A stretch of 64,000 nucleotides of DNA from Bacteroidota bacterium (GCA_041178485.1 JBEGVI010000103.1:10781-74780), one strand, 5' to 3'; positions 28,605 to 38,079 are shown, numbered from the stretch's first letter. The notes: generated by a model from the sequence alone, not told the origin. Translations and numbers: made by a program.

Positions 28605-29072
28605 ATGAAAGTTGTGTATATTGGTGTGCTCATTTGCATATTCAACTGTTTTTCGGTATTCTCTCAGGAGGTTATTTCTACGCAAGGAGAGACGTATTCG
28701 AATGCATCGGCGAATATCGACTTTACCATTGGTGAAACAGTTATTCACACCGTATCTGACGGATCAAATGAGCTGACCCAAGGATTTCATCAGACGACAT
28801 GGATCTTTTTGGGCATAGAGGATTTTAGCCAGGAAGTTCAGATTAACTTGTATCCCAACCCTTCAGTAGATGTAATAACCATTGAATCTTCAGAATACAA
28901 GGAACATTTATTTGAAATGTTTGATTCAGGAGGAAAATTGGTTTTGCAGGGTGAACTTGTTGCAGAAAAAACTCACATTAAAGGAATGGATCTTGCGCCG
29001 GGAAATTATGCTCTCACGATTCGTAAAGAAGGGCGGGTTCTGAAGACTTTCAAATTGCTTAAATCCTATTAA
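28605..29072 (+). CDS. small secreted protein with T9SS C-terminal sorting domain
   Basis: The internal ATG gives the signal peptide MKVVYIGVLICIFNCFSVFSQE. A short N-domain ends in LTQGFHQ. The C-terminus INLYPNPSVDVITIE...LLKSY is sorting-domain-like. Confidence 0.6.
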   Translation: MKVVYIGVLICIFNCFSVFSQEVISTQGETYSNASANIDFTIGETVIHTVSDGSNELTQGFHQTTWIFLGIEDFSQEVQINLYPNPSVDVITIESSEYKEHLFEMFDSGGKLVLQGELVAEKTHIKGMDLAPGNYALTIRKEGRVLKTFKLLKSY

Positions 29073-29082
29073 ATCACTCCTT

Positions 29083-31821
29083 ATGAAGAGATGTGTATTT
29101 TTACTTTTTGCTTTGTTTTGTTTGGTTAATCTATTTGCTCAGGCACCGGAGGGATTTAAATACCAAGCGGTAGTTCGCAATGCATCCAATGCAATCTTGA
29201 ATAATCAGCCGGTTAGTTTGAGAATGACCATCCAACAGGGTTCGATTGGTGGTGTAACAGTTTATTCAGAGACATTTTCAGTGACAACCAATGCCTATGG
29301 CTTAGTGAATTTGGAAATTGGAAATGGTACACCGATGAGCGGTTCCTTTGCTTCCATAGATTGGGCAAATGGTCCCTATTTCATTGAAACAGCCGCAGAC
29401 GTGACCGGAGGAACGAACTATTCGGTTATGGGTACAAGTCAATTGTTGAGTGTGCCTTATGCATTGTACGCAAAAAATTCGGGGAGTTCAACTCCTGGTC
29501 CACAGGGTCCACAGGGTTCAGTAGGTCCGTCCGGAATGGATGGTTTGAGTGCTTACGAAATAGCTGTAGCAAACGGTTTTGTTGGAACAGAATCAGAGTG
29601 GTTGGTTTCCTTAGAGGGAGCGCAAGGTCTTCAGGGAAATGACGGTCCGGCCGGTGAGGCAGGAGTGGATGGCTTAAGTGCATATCAATCATGGCTGGCA
29701 TTGGGCAATACCGGAACGGAAGCTGATTTCATTGCTTCGTTAACGGGGCCTCAAGGACCGACGGGGTTATTGATGAACGGTTCATCACCTGGGAATACTC
29801 CATATTGGGATGGAAACCAATGGGTAATTGATGGCTCCAATCTCTTTAATAACGGCGGTTCCATAGGAATAGGAACTATCACACCTGCCTCCTCAGCAAT
29901 CCTTGACATCAATTCAACCACCCAGGGAGTGTTGGCGCCGAGGATGACTACAGTACAAAGGAATGCCATAGTAAATCCTGCAAATGGACTCATGATTTTC
30001 AATACCACCTCAGGTTGCCTGAATTACTTCTTTAATGGCAACTGGTATAAACTCTGTGGCATTATCTCAACTGCTCCGGCTGCACCAGTATTTCTATCAT
30101 CCACACCATCAAGTCCATCAAATAGCTCAACCACACCAACGCTTATGCTAAATAGCGAAGAAGGAAATACCGTGGAGATCTATACAACTGTTGATTGTTC
30201 TGGGAGCCCTATAGCCTCGGGAGTAGCAGGTATCGGTGGAAACGTATCCATCCCCGTAAGTGTTTCAAGCAATTCAACCTCCGTTTTTACAGCTACAGCA
30301 ACCGATACAGAGGAAAACATAAGTCCTTGCTCGAGTACCTTCACCTATATTCATGAAAACATTCCGCCAAGCGTACCTGTGATCGTATCTTCGAATCCTG
30401 CCAGTCCTTCACAATCTTCGAATCCAACATTGACAATTAGCGGTGAACCGGGATCAACAGTATCGGTTTTCGCTGATGGAAGTTGCTCTGGAGTACCATT
30501 AGCCACTGCTCTTGTAGATGGAACAGGTACCGCAAGTGTTTTAATTTCAGTTCCACAAAACAGTACCACAACTCTCACTGCATTGGCCACTGATGCCGCT
30601 GGAAATAGCAGCTCTTGTTCCGCATCCTTTACTTATACGCATGATAATAGTGCACCTGGGCTAGCAACATTTACGGGGTCAACCCCTGTGAGTCCGTCAA
30701 ATTCAACTACCACTCCATTGCTTAATTTAACTGGTGAACCTGGAGCAACAATCTCAATCTACAATAGTGCCTCATGTACAGGCACACCTGTTGGCTCCGG
30801 TGTCTTTGATGGTTCTGGAAATGCATCTATTCAAGTGGTTGCGAATACAAATTCAACGACCCAATTTACTGCAAGTGTGACAGATCAAGCAGGAAATGTA
30901 AGTGCGTGTTCTTCAATCTTTACCTATACGCATGACGATACTGCTCCCTCAACACCAACTATTGTCAGTTCTTCCCCGGTAAGCCCAAGCCCTTCTTCCA
31001 CTACACCGACTCTAACAGTTACAGGTGGTGAACCCGGTTCGCTTTGCAGGATCTATAATTCGAGTAATTGTTCGGGCACGATTGTAGCGACCGCAACATT
31101 CGATGGCAGTGGAACAGCTAGTATAGCGATCAATGTTACAGCTAACTCAACGACACAATTCACTGCACAAGCAATAGATGGGGCCGGAAATACGAGTTCA
31201 TGCTCAAATGTATTCACTTATACGCATGATAATATTGTGCCCCTAACACCAACCATTGTCAGTTCTTCTCCAGCAAGTCCAAGCCCTTCTTCTACTACAC
31301 CGACTTTGACGCTTACTGGTGGTGAGCCCGGTTCTATTTACCGGATCTATAAGTCTTCCAATTGTTCAGGTCCTATTGCAACAACCAGCACATTTAATGG
31401 AAGCGGAACGGCTATTAGTATGGCGATCAGTGTTACAGCTAACTCAACGACACAATTCACTGCACAAGCAATAGATGCTGCGGGAAATATTAGTTCGTGT
31501 TCAAACACAATTAGTTACGCACATGATAATGTAGCCCCAGCTGCTCCCGTAATAGTGAGTTCAACTCCTGCCAGCCCAGGAACTTCGCTGACTCCCACCT
31601 TAAACATTACAGGTGCGGTTGGAACCACAATTCGTGTGTATGACAATGGCTCGGGTTCAGGCATACCTGTGGCAACTACACCTATGGGTGGAGGAGGAAC
31701 TGCAGCAGTAGCCGTTACGTTGGCATCGAGCTCCACGACAACCTTCACTGCCACTTTAACTGATGCTGCGGGCAATATCAGTTCGGTTTCTGTGCCTTTC
31801 AATTACACACATACACCTTAG
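29083..31821 (+). CDS. large surface protein: conserved N-domain, collagen-like/tail-fibre-like segment, six Ig-like repeats
   Basis: Signal peptide. G-X-Y runs (GPQGPQGSVGPSGMDG, GAQGLQGNDGPAGEAGVDG, GPQGPTG). Six repeats of about 96-99 aa ending FTYTHDN-like. No T9SS sorting domain at the C-terminus. Confidence 0.7.
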   Translation: MKRCVFLLFALFCLVNLFAQAPEGFKYQAVVRNASNAILNNQPVSLRMTIQQGSIGGVTVYSETFSVTTNAYGLVNLEIGNGTPMSGSFASIDWANGPYFIETAADVTGGTNYSVMGTSQLLSVPYALYAKNSGSSTPGPQGPQGSVGPSGMDGLSAYEIAVANGFVGTESEWLVSLEGAQGLQGNDGPAGEAGVDGLSAYQSWLALGNTGTEADFIASLTGPQGPTGLLMNGSSPGNTPYWDGNQWVIDGSNLFNNGGSIGIGTITPASSAILDINSTTQGVLAPRMTTVQRNAIVNPANGLMIFNTTSGCLNYFFNGNWYKLCGIISTAPAAPVFLSSTPSSPSNSSTTPTLMLNSEEGNTVEIYTTVDCSGSPIASGVAGIGGNVSIPVSVSSNSTSVFTATATDTEENISPCSSTFTYIHENIPPSVPVIVSSNPASPSQSSNPTLTISGEPGSTVSVFADGSCSGVPLATALVDGTGTASVLISVPQNSTTTLTALATDAAGNSSSCSASFTYTHDNSAPGLATFTGSTPVSPSNSTTTPLLNLTGEPGATISIYNSASCTGTPVGSGVFDGSGNASIQVVANTNSTTQFTASVTDQAGNVSACSSIFTYTHDDTAPSTPTIVSSSPVSPSPSSTTPTLTVTGGEPGSLCRIYNSSNCSGTIVATATFDGSGTASIAINVTANSTTQFTAQAIDGAGNTSSCSNVFTYTHDNIVPLTPTIVSSSPASPSPSSTTPTLTLTGGEPGSIYRIYKSSNCSGPIATTSTFNGSGTAISMAISVTANSTTQFTAQAIDAAGNISSCSNTISYAHDNVAPAAPVIVSSTPASPGTSLTPTLNITGAVGTTIRVYDNGSGSGIPVATTPMGGGGTAAVAVTLASSSTTTFTATLTDAAGNISSVSVPFNYTHTP
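29494..29766 (+). repeat. collagen-like G-X-Y triplet runs interleaved with two LSAY...(W/F)..SL.G motifs (coding)
   Basis: aa 138-228: 5, 6 and 2 G-X-Y triplets, separated by LSAYEIAVANGFVGTESEWLVSLEG and LSAYQSWLALGNTGTEADFIASLTG. Confidence 0.7.
30070..31818 (+). repeat. six tandem Ig-like coding repeats of about 96-99 aa each
   Basis: Each unit reads SS.P.SPS.SSTTPTL...GEPG..(I/V)Y....CSG......G.GTAS....NSTT.FTA.A.D.AGN.S.CS..FTYTHDN. Units 4 and 5 share a 47-nt identical block at 31134-31180 and 31431-31477. Confidence 0.8.
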
Positions 31822-31879
31822 CAACATTCAATAATGTACCTTAATAAGAAGGGGGTAAAATGATTCAATTCCTCTTAAA

Positions 31880-32677
31880 TTAAAGTACACCCGCCAAAAA
31901 CAATATCCCGTAAATGATCAGTAACACACCGACCACGCGCTGAACCCCTGTGATCGTTGTTTTTGTTAGGAGCTTCTTCCCAAAATAGGTTCCGATAAAG
32001 GCGAAGATCATTCCAACGGCCAAGTGAGAAGTAAATCCATCAATGTAGAAAAAAGTTCTGCGGATGGTAAATGCATAGATCGCAATTCGTGTAACATCAA
32101 TGATAAGAGCAATTGCGTTGGAAGTGCCAATAAATTCCTCTTTGGTCAGTCCTGATTTTGTAAGGAAAACAGAGCGAAATGCGCCCTGATGTCCTGAAAC
32201 TCCCCCAAAAAATCCACTCAGCAACCCGCCCAACGGCATGTACCGCTCGCTCATTTTCCAGTCGGATAAACGGGGTGTCAATTCAAAAAGCGCGAAGAAG
32301 ATCATCAGACAACCGAATCCAAGTTTTATGGAAGTTAGACCTACCGGTCGGTTGAATAGAGTGTACTTAAGAACAATCGTGTTTTCTGAGTTTTTACCTA
32401 AATATCCTAATAAAAGTGCACCCGCTACTGCGGCCAGCATCGCAGGAACACCAAACCGGAATAGTGTGGAATAATGAATGTGCCTGTATACCATCCCGAA
32501 TTTAAAGATGTTATTGGCAAAGTGAACTATAGCTGTGGCAGCTACAGCCGCATCAAGTGGGAAAAACAAGCTGAAAACGGGGAGTAAGAGTGTGCCCAGA
32601 CCAAATCCGGAAAAGAAGGTCAATCCGGCTCCAAAAAGAACAGTGACTGCGATAAGTAACAGATTCAGGAATTCCAT
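31880..32677 (-). CDS. TauE/SafE (TSUP) family anion exporter
   Basis: 265-aa polytopic membrane protein with Gly-rich TM helices typical of TSUP. Confidence 0.7.
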   Translation of the reverse strand: MEFLNLLLIAVTVLFGAGLTFFSGFGLGTLLLPVFSLFFPLDAAVAATAIVHFANNIFKFGMVYRHIHYSTLFRFGVPAMLAAVAGALLLGYLGKNSENTIVLKYTLFNRPVGLTSIKLGFGCLMIFFALFELTPRLSDWKMSERYMPLGGLLSGFFGGVSGHQGAFRSVFLTKSGLTKEEFIGTSNAIALIIDVTRIAIYAFTIRRTFFYIDGFTSHLAVGMIFAFIGTYFGKKLLTKTTITGVQRVVGVLLIIYGILFLAGVL

Positions 32678-32741
32678 GCTGCAAAAAAAACAAAAGATCT
32701 CTGTGTGATTGTGAAGATAACGTTAATTTCATACTCAAAAT

Positions 32742-33770
32742 GTGGATATGGTAGATCTGAGAAGTGATACGGTGACCTTGCCTACAGCTGGAATGCGAGA
32801 GGCTATGTTTAGCGCTCCACTGGGCGACGATGTCTTTTCTGAAGATCCGACTGTAAATGAATTGCAGGAATATGCTGCTGCTCTTTTTGGAAAAGAATCC
32901 GCCTTGTTTTGTTCTTCGGGCACACAGACCAATCAAATTGCGATCGCGGTTCATGTTCGTCCCGGAGGAGAGGTGATCTGTCATGAAGAAAGCCATATTT
33001 ACAAATATGAAGGTGGTGGAATTGCCCGAAATACAGGAGCTTCAGTTCGGCTTCTTCAGGGTGATCGTGGACGATTGAATGCGCATGCTATTTCGAAGTG
33101 GATCAACAATCCGGAAGATGTACATTTTCCGTTGACCCAATTGGTGTCCCTGGAAGATACAGCCAACAGGGGAGGTGGAGCAATCTATGATTTTGAAGAA
33201 ATTCGAAACATCAAGCGTTTTTGTGAAGAGAACAAGTTGCCGTTGCATCTCGATGGTGCCCGGTTGATGAATGCCTTGGTCGAAACGAGAATTGATCCAA
33301 AAACGTATGCGGCTGAATTCGATTCGATCTCACTTTGTTTGTCAAAAGGACTGGGCGCTCCTGTGGGATCTTTACTTATCGGTTCGAAAGAGTTTATACT
33401 ACGGGCTCGCCGCGTCAGAAAGGTTTTTGGTGGAGGCATGCGCCAGGCGGGTATCATCGCTGCAGGTGGATTGTATGCATTGAAACATCAAGTCGAACGA
33501 TTGAAAGATGACCATCTACATGCGCGTCAACTCGAGGAGGTTCTGAATGAATTGCCTTGGGTGAAGGAAGTTATGCCGGTTCAAACAAATATTGTTGTTA
33601 CGCTATTGAATGATGCATCAAAACGCGATGAAATTATTGCCGGATTGGCTGATGAGGGAGTCCGGATCATGGCGTTTGGTGAAGGCATGTTGCGCATGGT
33701 TACGCACCTGAATGTGAGCAGTGCTGAGATTGACAAAGTGTGTCAGATACTCAAAAATCTTCGTGTATAG
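32742..33770 (+). CDS. ltaE: low-specificity L-threonine aldolase
   Basis: DLRSDTVT N-terminus and the PLP-lysine context SLCLSKGLGAPVGS. Confidence 0.85.
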   Translation: MDMVDLRSDTVTLPTAGMREAMFSAPLGDDVFSEDPTVNELQEYAAALFGKESALFCSSGTQTNQIAIAVHVRPGGEVICHEESHIYKYEGGGIARNTGASVRLLQGDRGRLNAHAISKWINNPEDVHFPLTQLVSLEDTANRGGGAIYDFEEIRNIKRFCEENKLPLHLDGARLMNALVETRIDPKTYAAEFDSISLCLSKGLGAPVGSLLIGSKEFILRARRVRKVFGGGMRQAGIIAAGGLYALKHQVERLKDDHLHARQLEEVLNELPWVKEVMPVQTNIVVTLLNDASKRDEIIAGLADEGVRIMAFGEGMLRMVTHLNVSSAEIDKVCQILKNLRV

Positions 33771-34395
33771 TAACGTCCTCATAGCACTCTCCGTTCTGTT
33801 TTTTTTCTCATGCTCAGGCAAAAGGGAAGAGAAAGTGCTGGATATGGAAGATCTTACCCCGCATTCAACGAAAGAAACGAAAACATCTGACGAAAAAAAG
33901 GATTCCATTTCCTTTCCAATTTTTAACCTAATTGTGGCAGACAGTTGTGGCATACATATTCAGGATTATAGTGAGGTCAAAGACCCGATGTTTCCGGATA
34001 GATTTATGCCGACAAGAAAGTTGAAAGTAACTTTGAACTCTTCGGAAACCTCAGTATTTTATGGGCAATGGACCTATCCTGATTCGTTGAAAACAATGAA
34101 TGCGTTCTTCAACTGGCTTGATTGTTTCGGGCCGGAATGCAGTTCATTCAAATACGCTGAGGAGGCAAACATGCAAAAGGATGGATTGTTGTTTTTTATA
34201 AACGACACCTCAATGGCCTATCTCAGTTCGAAATCCAAGTTAAACCCAGAAGATTGGCAATGTTATCTCCAGAGGATATATGGCGTCGAACAATGGGACC
34301 TGGTCATTTTGCAGCAGCCCCGAAAAAAGTCAGTTTGGATGAAATATGATGCGATTCCGGGAAAAAAGAAAAAACAGTTTTTGCCCTTAAAGTGA
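33763..34395 (+). CDS. hypothetical lipoprotein
   Basis: A GTG at 33763 gives the signal VYSNVLIALSVLFFFSC with a lipobox Cys. The longer ORF-track start would overlap ltaE by 50 nt. Confidence 0.45.
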   Translation: MYSNVLIALSVLFFFSCSGKREEKVLDMEDLTPHSTKETKTSDEKKDSISFPIFNLIVADSCGIHIQDYSEVKDPMFPDRFMPTRKLKVTLNSSETSVFYGQWTYPDSLKTMNAFFNWLDCFGPECSSFKYAEEANMQKDGLLFFINDTSMAYLSSKSKLNPEDWQCYLQRIYGVEQWDLVILQQPRKKSVWMKYDAIPGKKKKQFLPLK

Positions 34396-34608
34396 AAAAG
34401 GAACAAGGATCAAAGAGCAGAGATTTACGGGTGTGAAAGACATTAATACCAGGACAAGAAAAGTAAAATTCAAGGAATAGAACTGGTTTTATTCAAATTA
34501 CAAGTCCTTATTCTTTGTTCCTTGCTCTTTGTTCGAATTTGAAATACTTTAACACAAGTGAGAACTAAATCTTACCTTTAACCATAGTCATTTCATAAGA
34601 CAACCTAA

Positions 34609-34941
34609 ATGAAACTAGTCAACCGCGGATTTATTGTTGTGCATCCTACAAGTCATTTTTTTGAATGGGCCAATACGTTTGAATCAGAATTCGAACTCTT
34701 GACGAATGATGAGGTGGAACCGAACTTATACCTGATCACGGAGGATTTTCTCGAGATTGAACCTGTTATAGAACAGAATTTCAAAAAGATCTTCAAAAAT
34801 GAATTGGCCATGATTACTGAGAACGAACAGGACTGGCCCGGGGATCTATCGTTCGAGGCCTTCAACAGGTGGTTTACTGTTCAAATAGGATCGACGGTAT
34901 TTGATCTGGAGAAATCAGATCTTCGAACAGAAAAACTTTAA
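34609..34941 (+). CDS. hypothetical acidic protein (110 aa)
   Basis: Intact ORF after a 213-nt non-coding gap. No family recognised. Confidence 0.4.
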   Translation: MKLVNRGFIVVHPTSHFFEWANTFESEFELLTNDEVEPNLYLITEDFLEIEPVIEQNFKKIFKNELAMITENEQDWPGDLSFEAFNRWFTVQIGSTVFDLEKSDLRTEKL

Positions 34942-34976
34942 GTCAGTTTGTTTGTTTAAACTACAAATGAAACAAT

Positions 34977-35573
34977 ATGAAAGCATTTGTAGTCACCGTC
35001 TGTATCTTGGTTGGAATCTTTGTTATTTCTCAATCGTTTGTCTATTTCTCCATGTCGAAAATTGAGGAACATAAATATGTCGTTATCAAAGAATACGATG
35101 ATTTTGAAGTAAGAAGATATGAGTCTGCATTGTTTTCGAGCGTTGTCCTCAACGATACTACCTACGAACAAACTGCAAATTCTGGTTTCAGAGTTCTTGC
35201 CGGATACATTTTCGGAGGCAACGAAACAGGTGAAAAAATTGCCATGACATCTCCAGTAGTAATGGAATTGGGTGACAGCACAAAAATGTCATTTATGGTT
35301 CCATCGAATTACACAGAAAATGACTTGCCAAAACCGAAAAACGGCCGCATCTTTTTTGAACGAAAACAAGGAGCAATAATGGCAGCGATCCGATTCGGCG
35401 GTTGGGCGGATGATGCACGCATCGAAAAATACAAAAATGATTTAGTGCAGGCACTTGAAAAAGAAGGGTTAAAATATACAGGTCGCTTCACTTATCTTGG
35501 TTACAATCCTCCTTATGCCATTGTGGCCAGACGAAACGAAGTAGTCGTGGAGCTTACGGAATACAATCAGTAG
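34977..35573 (+). CDS. SOUL heme-binding-family protein with N-terminal TM anchor
   Basis: YESALFSS...FRVLAGYIFGGN...IAMTSPV...FGGWA pattern typical of SOUL/HBP. Confidence 0.7.
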   Translation: MKAFVVTVCILVGIFVISQSFVYFSMSKIEEHKYVVIKEYDDFEVRRYESALFSSVVLNDTTYEQTANSGFRVLAGYIFGGNETGEKIAMTSPVVMELGDSTKMSFMVPSNYTENDLPKPKNGRIFFERKQGAIMAAIRFGGWADDARIEKYKNDLVQALEKEGLKYTGRFTYLGYNPPYAIVARRNEVVVELTEYNQ

Positions 35574-35589
35574 AACTAATTTTCTTGAG

Positions 35590-36042
35590 TTAAAGTTTGT
35601 TTATCAGATTGCTGTTGTAGTAGTCAGGATTGTCAGAAACATCTTGAAGAATCCAGTCAGGAGGTATAAATGCTTCGTCCTCTGCCCCTAATTCTATTTC
35701 AGCGATGATCAAGCCTTCCAGCGTTCCACGAAATTCATCCACTTCCCAGAGATGATCTCCCACCATTAATTCATACCTGTCTTTGATCAAAGCCTTTTCT
35801 ACAAATTTTTCGAGAAGTTCGTGCGCTTCAGAAATTGGGATCTCGTATTCGAATTCATCACGTGTAATGCCGCTGGTCTCTCCTTTGATGGTAAGGTAAC
35901 CCTTGTTGCCTTTTGTCCGGATACGGATGGTCTTTTCAGCTTCACGAACGAGGTATCCCTGGTTGATTCGTTGGGGCACAGGTTTGTTTACACATGACCA
36001 TTTTTCGGGATCGACTGTAAATTTTCGTTCTGTTTCCTGCAT
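35590..36042 (-). CDS. CYTH-domain protein (CyaB/ThTPase-like triphosphate tunnel enzyme)
   Basis: The start is placed at the internal ATG giving MQETERKFTV, which carries the ExExK-type signature at the N-terminus. The longer ORF would overlap the divergent gene. Confidence 0.7.
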   Translation of the reverse strand: MQETERKFTVDPEKWSCVNKPVPQRINQGYLVREAEKTIRIRTKGNKGYLTIKGETSGITRDEFEYEIPISEAHELLEKFVEKALIKDRYELMVGDHLWEVDEFRGTLEGLIIAEIELGAEDEAFIPPDWILQDVSDNPDYYNSNLINKL

Positions 36043-36115
36043 AAAATAAAGGTAATTTTTTCCGTTTAATAATCCTAATTCAAAGGACTGACATGAAATC
36101 GCTAATTTCGTTCTG

Positions 36116-36994
36116 ATGAAATTGATTCCCAAAGAGGAAATAAACCGGGAAAAATGGGATGCGCTGGTAAACAGATCATCCGGAGGTGTTCATGCGTATT
36201 CCTGGTGGTTGGATGAAATATCAGAGAACTGGGCTGTATATACAGATTCTGAATACGATGCAGGCATCGCCCTTCCGTTTACAGAACGCGCCGGGATACG
36301 AACCTTGTATACCCCTATTTTCAGTGAATATTTGGAGTGGTTTGGAGATAAAGAATTTATTCCTTCACTGAAGACTGTGCTTTCAGAGAATTTTCATCGG
36401 GGAATTTTCGGTGTGGAAAATTTTGAGCTTGACATGGAAAAAGAGCTGTTTCCGGTTCAACGCTTAAAACATAGAAAATCAATTTCTAAAATGGCTTTAA
36501 GAAATATCAAAAAAGCAACGGATGCTGGATTGGAACTTGTTTGGGGGGATAATTTTCAGGACGTTTTTAAATGCATAGAATCAGAACTTTGTAATCGTGC
36601 AACAGGCATGACAAAGAAGAATTTTACACGGTTAAAAAAGTCATTGATCGAGGCTAACAAAAGAAACTTTCTTAAAGTTGTCGGCATCAGAAAGGCAGGT
36701 GACTTGTGCGGTGGAATTTTATTTCTTGAAACTAAAAACTTACTGTACTACGTGAAAGGTGCAGTAAATTCGGAATATAAATCCAAAGGAGCGATTTATT
36801 TAGGCATGATTGAGGCGATTGAATATGCCTTTGAAAAACAGTTGGAATTTGATTTTGGAGGTTCGCGCATAGAGGGTGTCCGGCGTTTTAATCTGCAATT
36901 TGGTGGTGAAGATGTGTTGCGTCCTTTCTACTCGTTTAATTCAGCACCAAAATGGTATAATTTCCTTCGTCAAATTCGAAAAATGATCCCTTAA
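36116..36994 (+). CDS. FemAB/GNAT-like acyltransferase-fold protein, paralogue 1
   Basis: The C-terminal pattern LEFDFGGSRIEGVRRFNLQFGG resembles the FemAB/BioF2-like acetyltransferase families. Clearly paralogous to the next ORF. Confidence 0.5.
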   Translation: MKLIPKEEINREKWDALVNRSSGGVHAYSWWLDEISENWAVYTDSEYDAGIALPFTERAGIRTLYTPIFSEYLEWFGDKEFIPSLKTVLSENFHRGIFGVENFELDMEKELFPVQRLKHRKSISKMALRNIKKATDAGLELVWGDNFQDVFKCIESELCNRATGMTKKNFTRLKKSLIEANKRNFLKVVGIRKAGDLCGGILFLETKNLLYYVKGAVNSEYKSKGAIYLGMIEAIEYAFEKQLEFDFGGSRIEGVRRFNLQFGGEDVLRPFYSFNSAPKWYNFLRQIRKMIP

Positions 36995-37099
36995 TTTTTT
37001 TATTCCACCTTAATTTCGTATTTTTCGATAAACCTTCCCGAATCCACTGTTTGACAGGCATACTTGTCTTAACCTTCAAGGAAAAGTGAACTGCTCTTT

Positions 37100-38002
37100 A
37101 TGAAGATTGTTGAACGTAATTTAATCGATACAGACCGATGGGATGCCCTGGTTTCCGCATCGGGGAGCAGTGATGTCTTTTCATTGTCATTTTACCTCGA
37201 CATTGTAGCTGAGAATTGGTGCATTTTTGTGGACGATGATTACACGAGAGGCATAGCATTGCCTTATGTCACAAGATTAGGTATAAAACTTTGTTACACT
37301 CCCACTTTTGTTCGATACCTCGAGTGGTACGGCGATTCAATGGATGATTTTCGGTTTATGTCAGAGATGAAACATCATTTTCCATCGGGTAGATTATACA
37401 CCAAACATAAGATACGCACCCGAAAATTGAAGCGACGGATTTATCAGGTGCTGAGCGCTTCTGAAGAAAAGGAATTTAGCCCCCAAACCGCGAAAATGTT
37501 GGAAAAATTCGAACGTTCAGAACTTAATTTGGAGTGGGATACCAATGAAGATGAGATAATTCGACTCCTGCGTACGGATTCTCCTGTTAAAGCCAATGCG
37601 CTCGACCGTAAAACAATGAAGGTTCTTCAGGAACTGGTTGAGCAATTGAAACAGAAAGGCTTTCTCAAAACGTTGAATGTAACCGTTGGGACTACTTTTC
37701 TTGGTGGTGTGTTTTTGATAGAGTTTAATGGAAAGCTGCTTCAATTGCGCAGTGCCTTCACAAGGAGTGCAAAAGAAATGGGTGCCATGTACGGAGTTCT
37801 TGAAAAAGCAATTCAAACTGCTCGCGAGAAAGAAATGCTGTTTGATTTTGGGGGATCCAACGCCGAATCTATCAAACGCGTGCATCACTACCTCGGAGGT
37901 GAAGATCAGAAGTATTACGTAATCAATTGGGACAATACCCCCTCTTGGTATAAGTTTTTGATGAAATTGAGAAATATTTTCAAACGTAACGCCTCTTTCT
38001 GA
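37100..38002 (+). CDS. FemAB/GNAT-like acyltransferase-fold protein, paralogue 2
   Basis: Aligns end to end with 36116-36994: RWDALV, GIALP, YTP.F..YLEW.GD, FDFGGS...GGED. Confidence 0.5.
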   Translation: MKIVERNLIDTDRWDALVSASGSSDVFSLSFYLDIVAENWCIFVDDDYTRGIALPYVTRLGIKLCYTPTFVRYLEWYGDSMDDFRFMSEMKHHFPSGRLYTKHKIRTRKLKRRIYQVLSASEEKEFSPQTAKMLEKFERSELNLEWDTNEDEIIRLLRTDSPVKANALDRKTMKVLQELVEQLKQKGFLKTLNVTVGTTFLGGVFLIEFNGKLLQLRSAFTRSAKEMGAMYGVLEKAIQTAREKEMLFDFGGSNAESIKRVHHYLGGEDQKYYVINWDNTPSWYKFLMKLRNIFKRNASF

Positions 38003-38068
38003 AATTTTTGTTCTTCAATCAATACATGAATTCTTCTGAATAAATTCCTCTTGCTCAAAAAGCTTTTT

Positions 38069-38076
38069 TAACTTTG
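38069..38076 (+). promoter_or_regulatory. -7 box (taactttg) upstream of the capD-like gene
   Basis: Exact match ending 3 nt before ATG 38080 and 12 nt before ATG 38089. Confidence 0.5.
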
Positions 38077-38079
38077 AGT

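Noticed and set aside
30070-31818. A regularly spaced repeat array that could superficially suggest a CRISPR or satellite array.
   Set aside because: The period is about 290-300 nt. The units are diverged and sit in frame within one long ORF encoding Ig-like repeats. There are no short direct repeats with unique spacers and no cas genes.
32553-32996. A 147-aa minus-strand ORF spanning the TauE/ltaE divergent intergenic region.
   Set aside because: It overlaps the starts of both well-supported genes and their promoter region. The translation has no recognisable features.
36043-36132. N-terminal extensions implied by the ORF-track starts: the CYTH ORF to 36132, 28545, 33721, 38074, 50448 and 52416.
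   Set aside because: The extended starts overlap neighbouring genes or promoter boxes, or place extra residues ahead of a clean signal peptide or conserved N-terminus. Internal starts fit better. Exact starts remain unverified.
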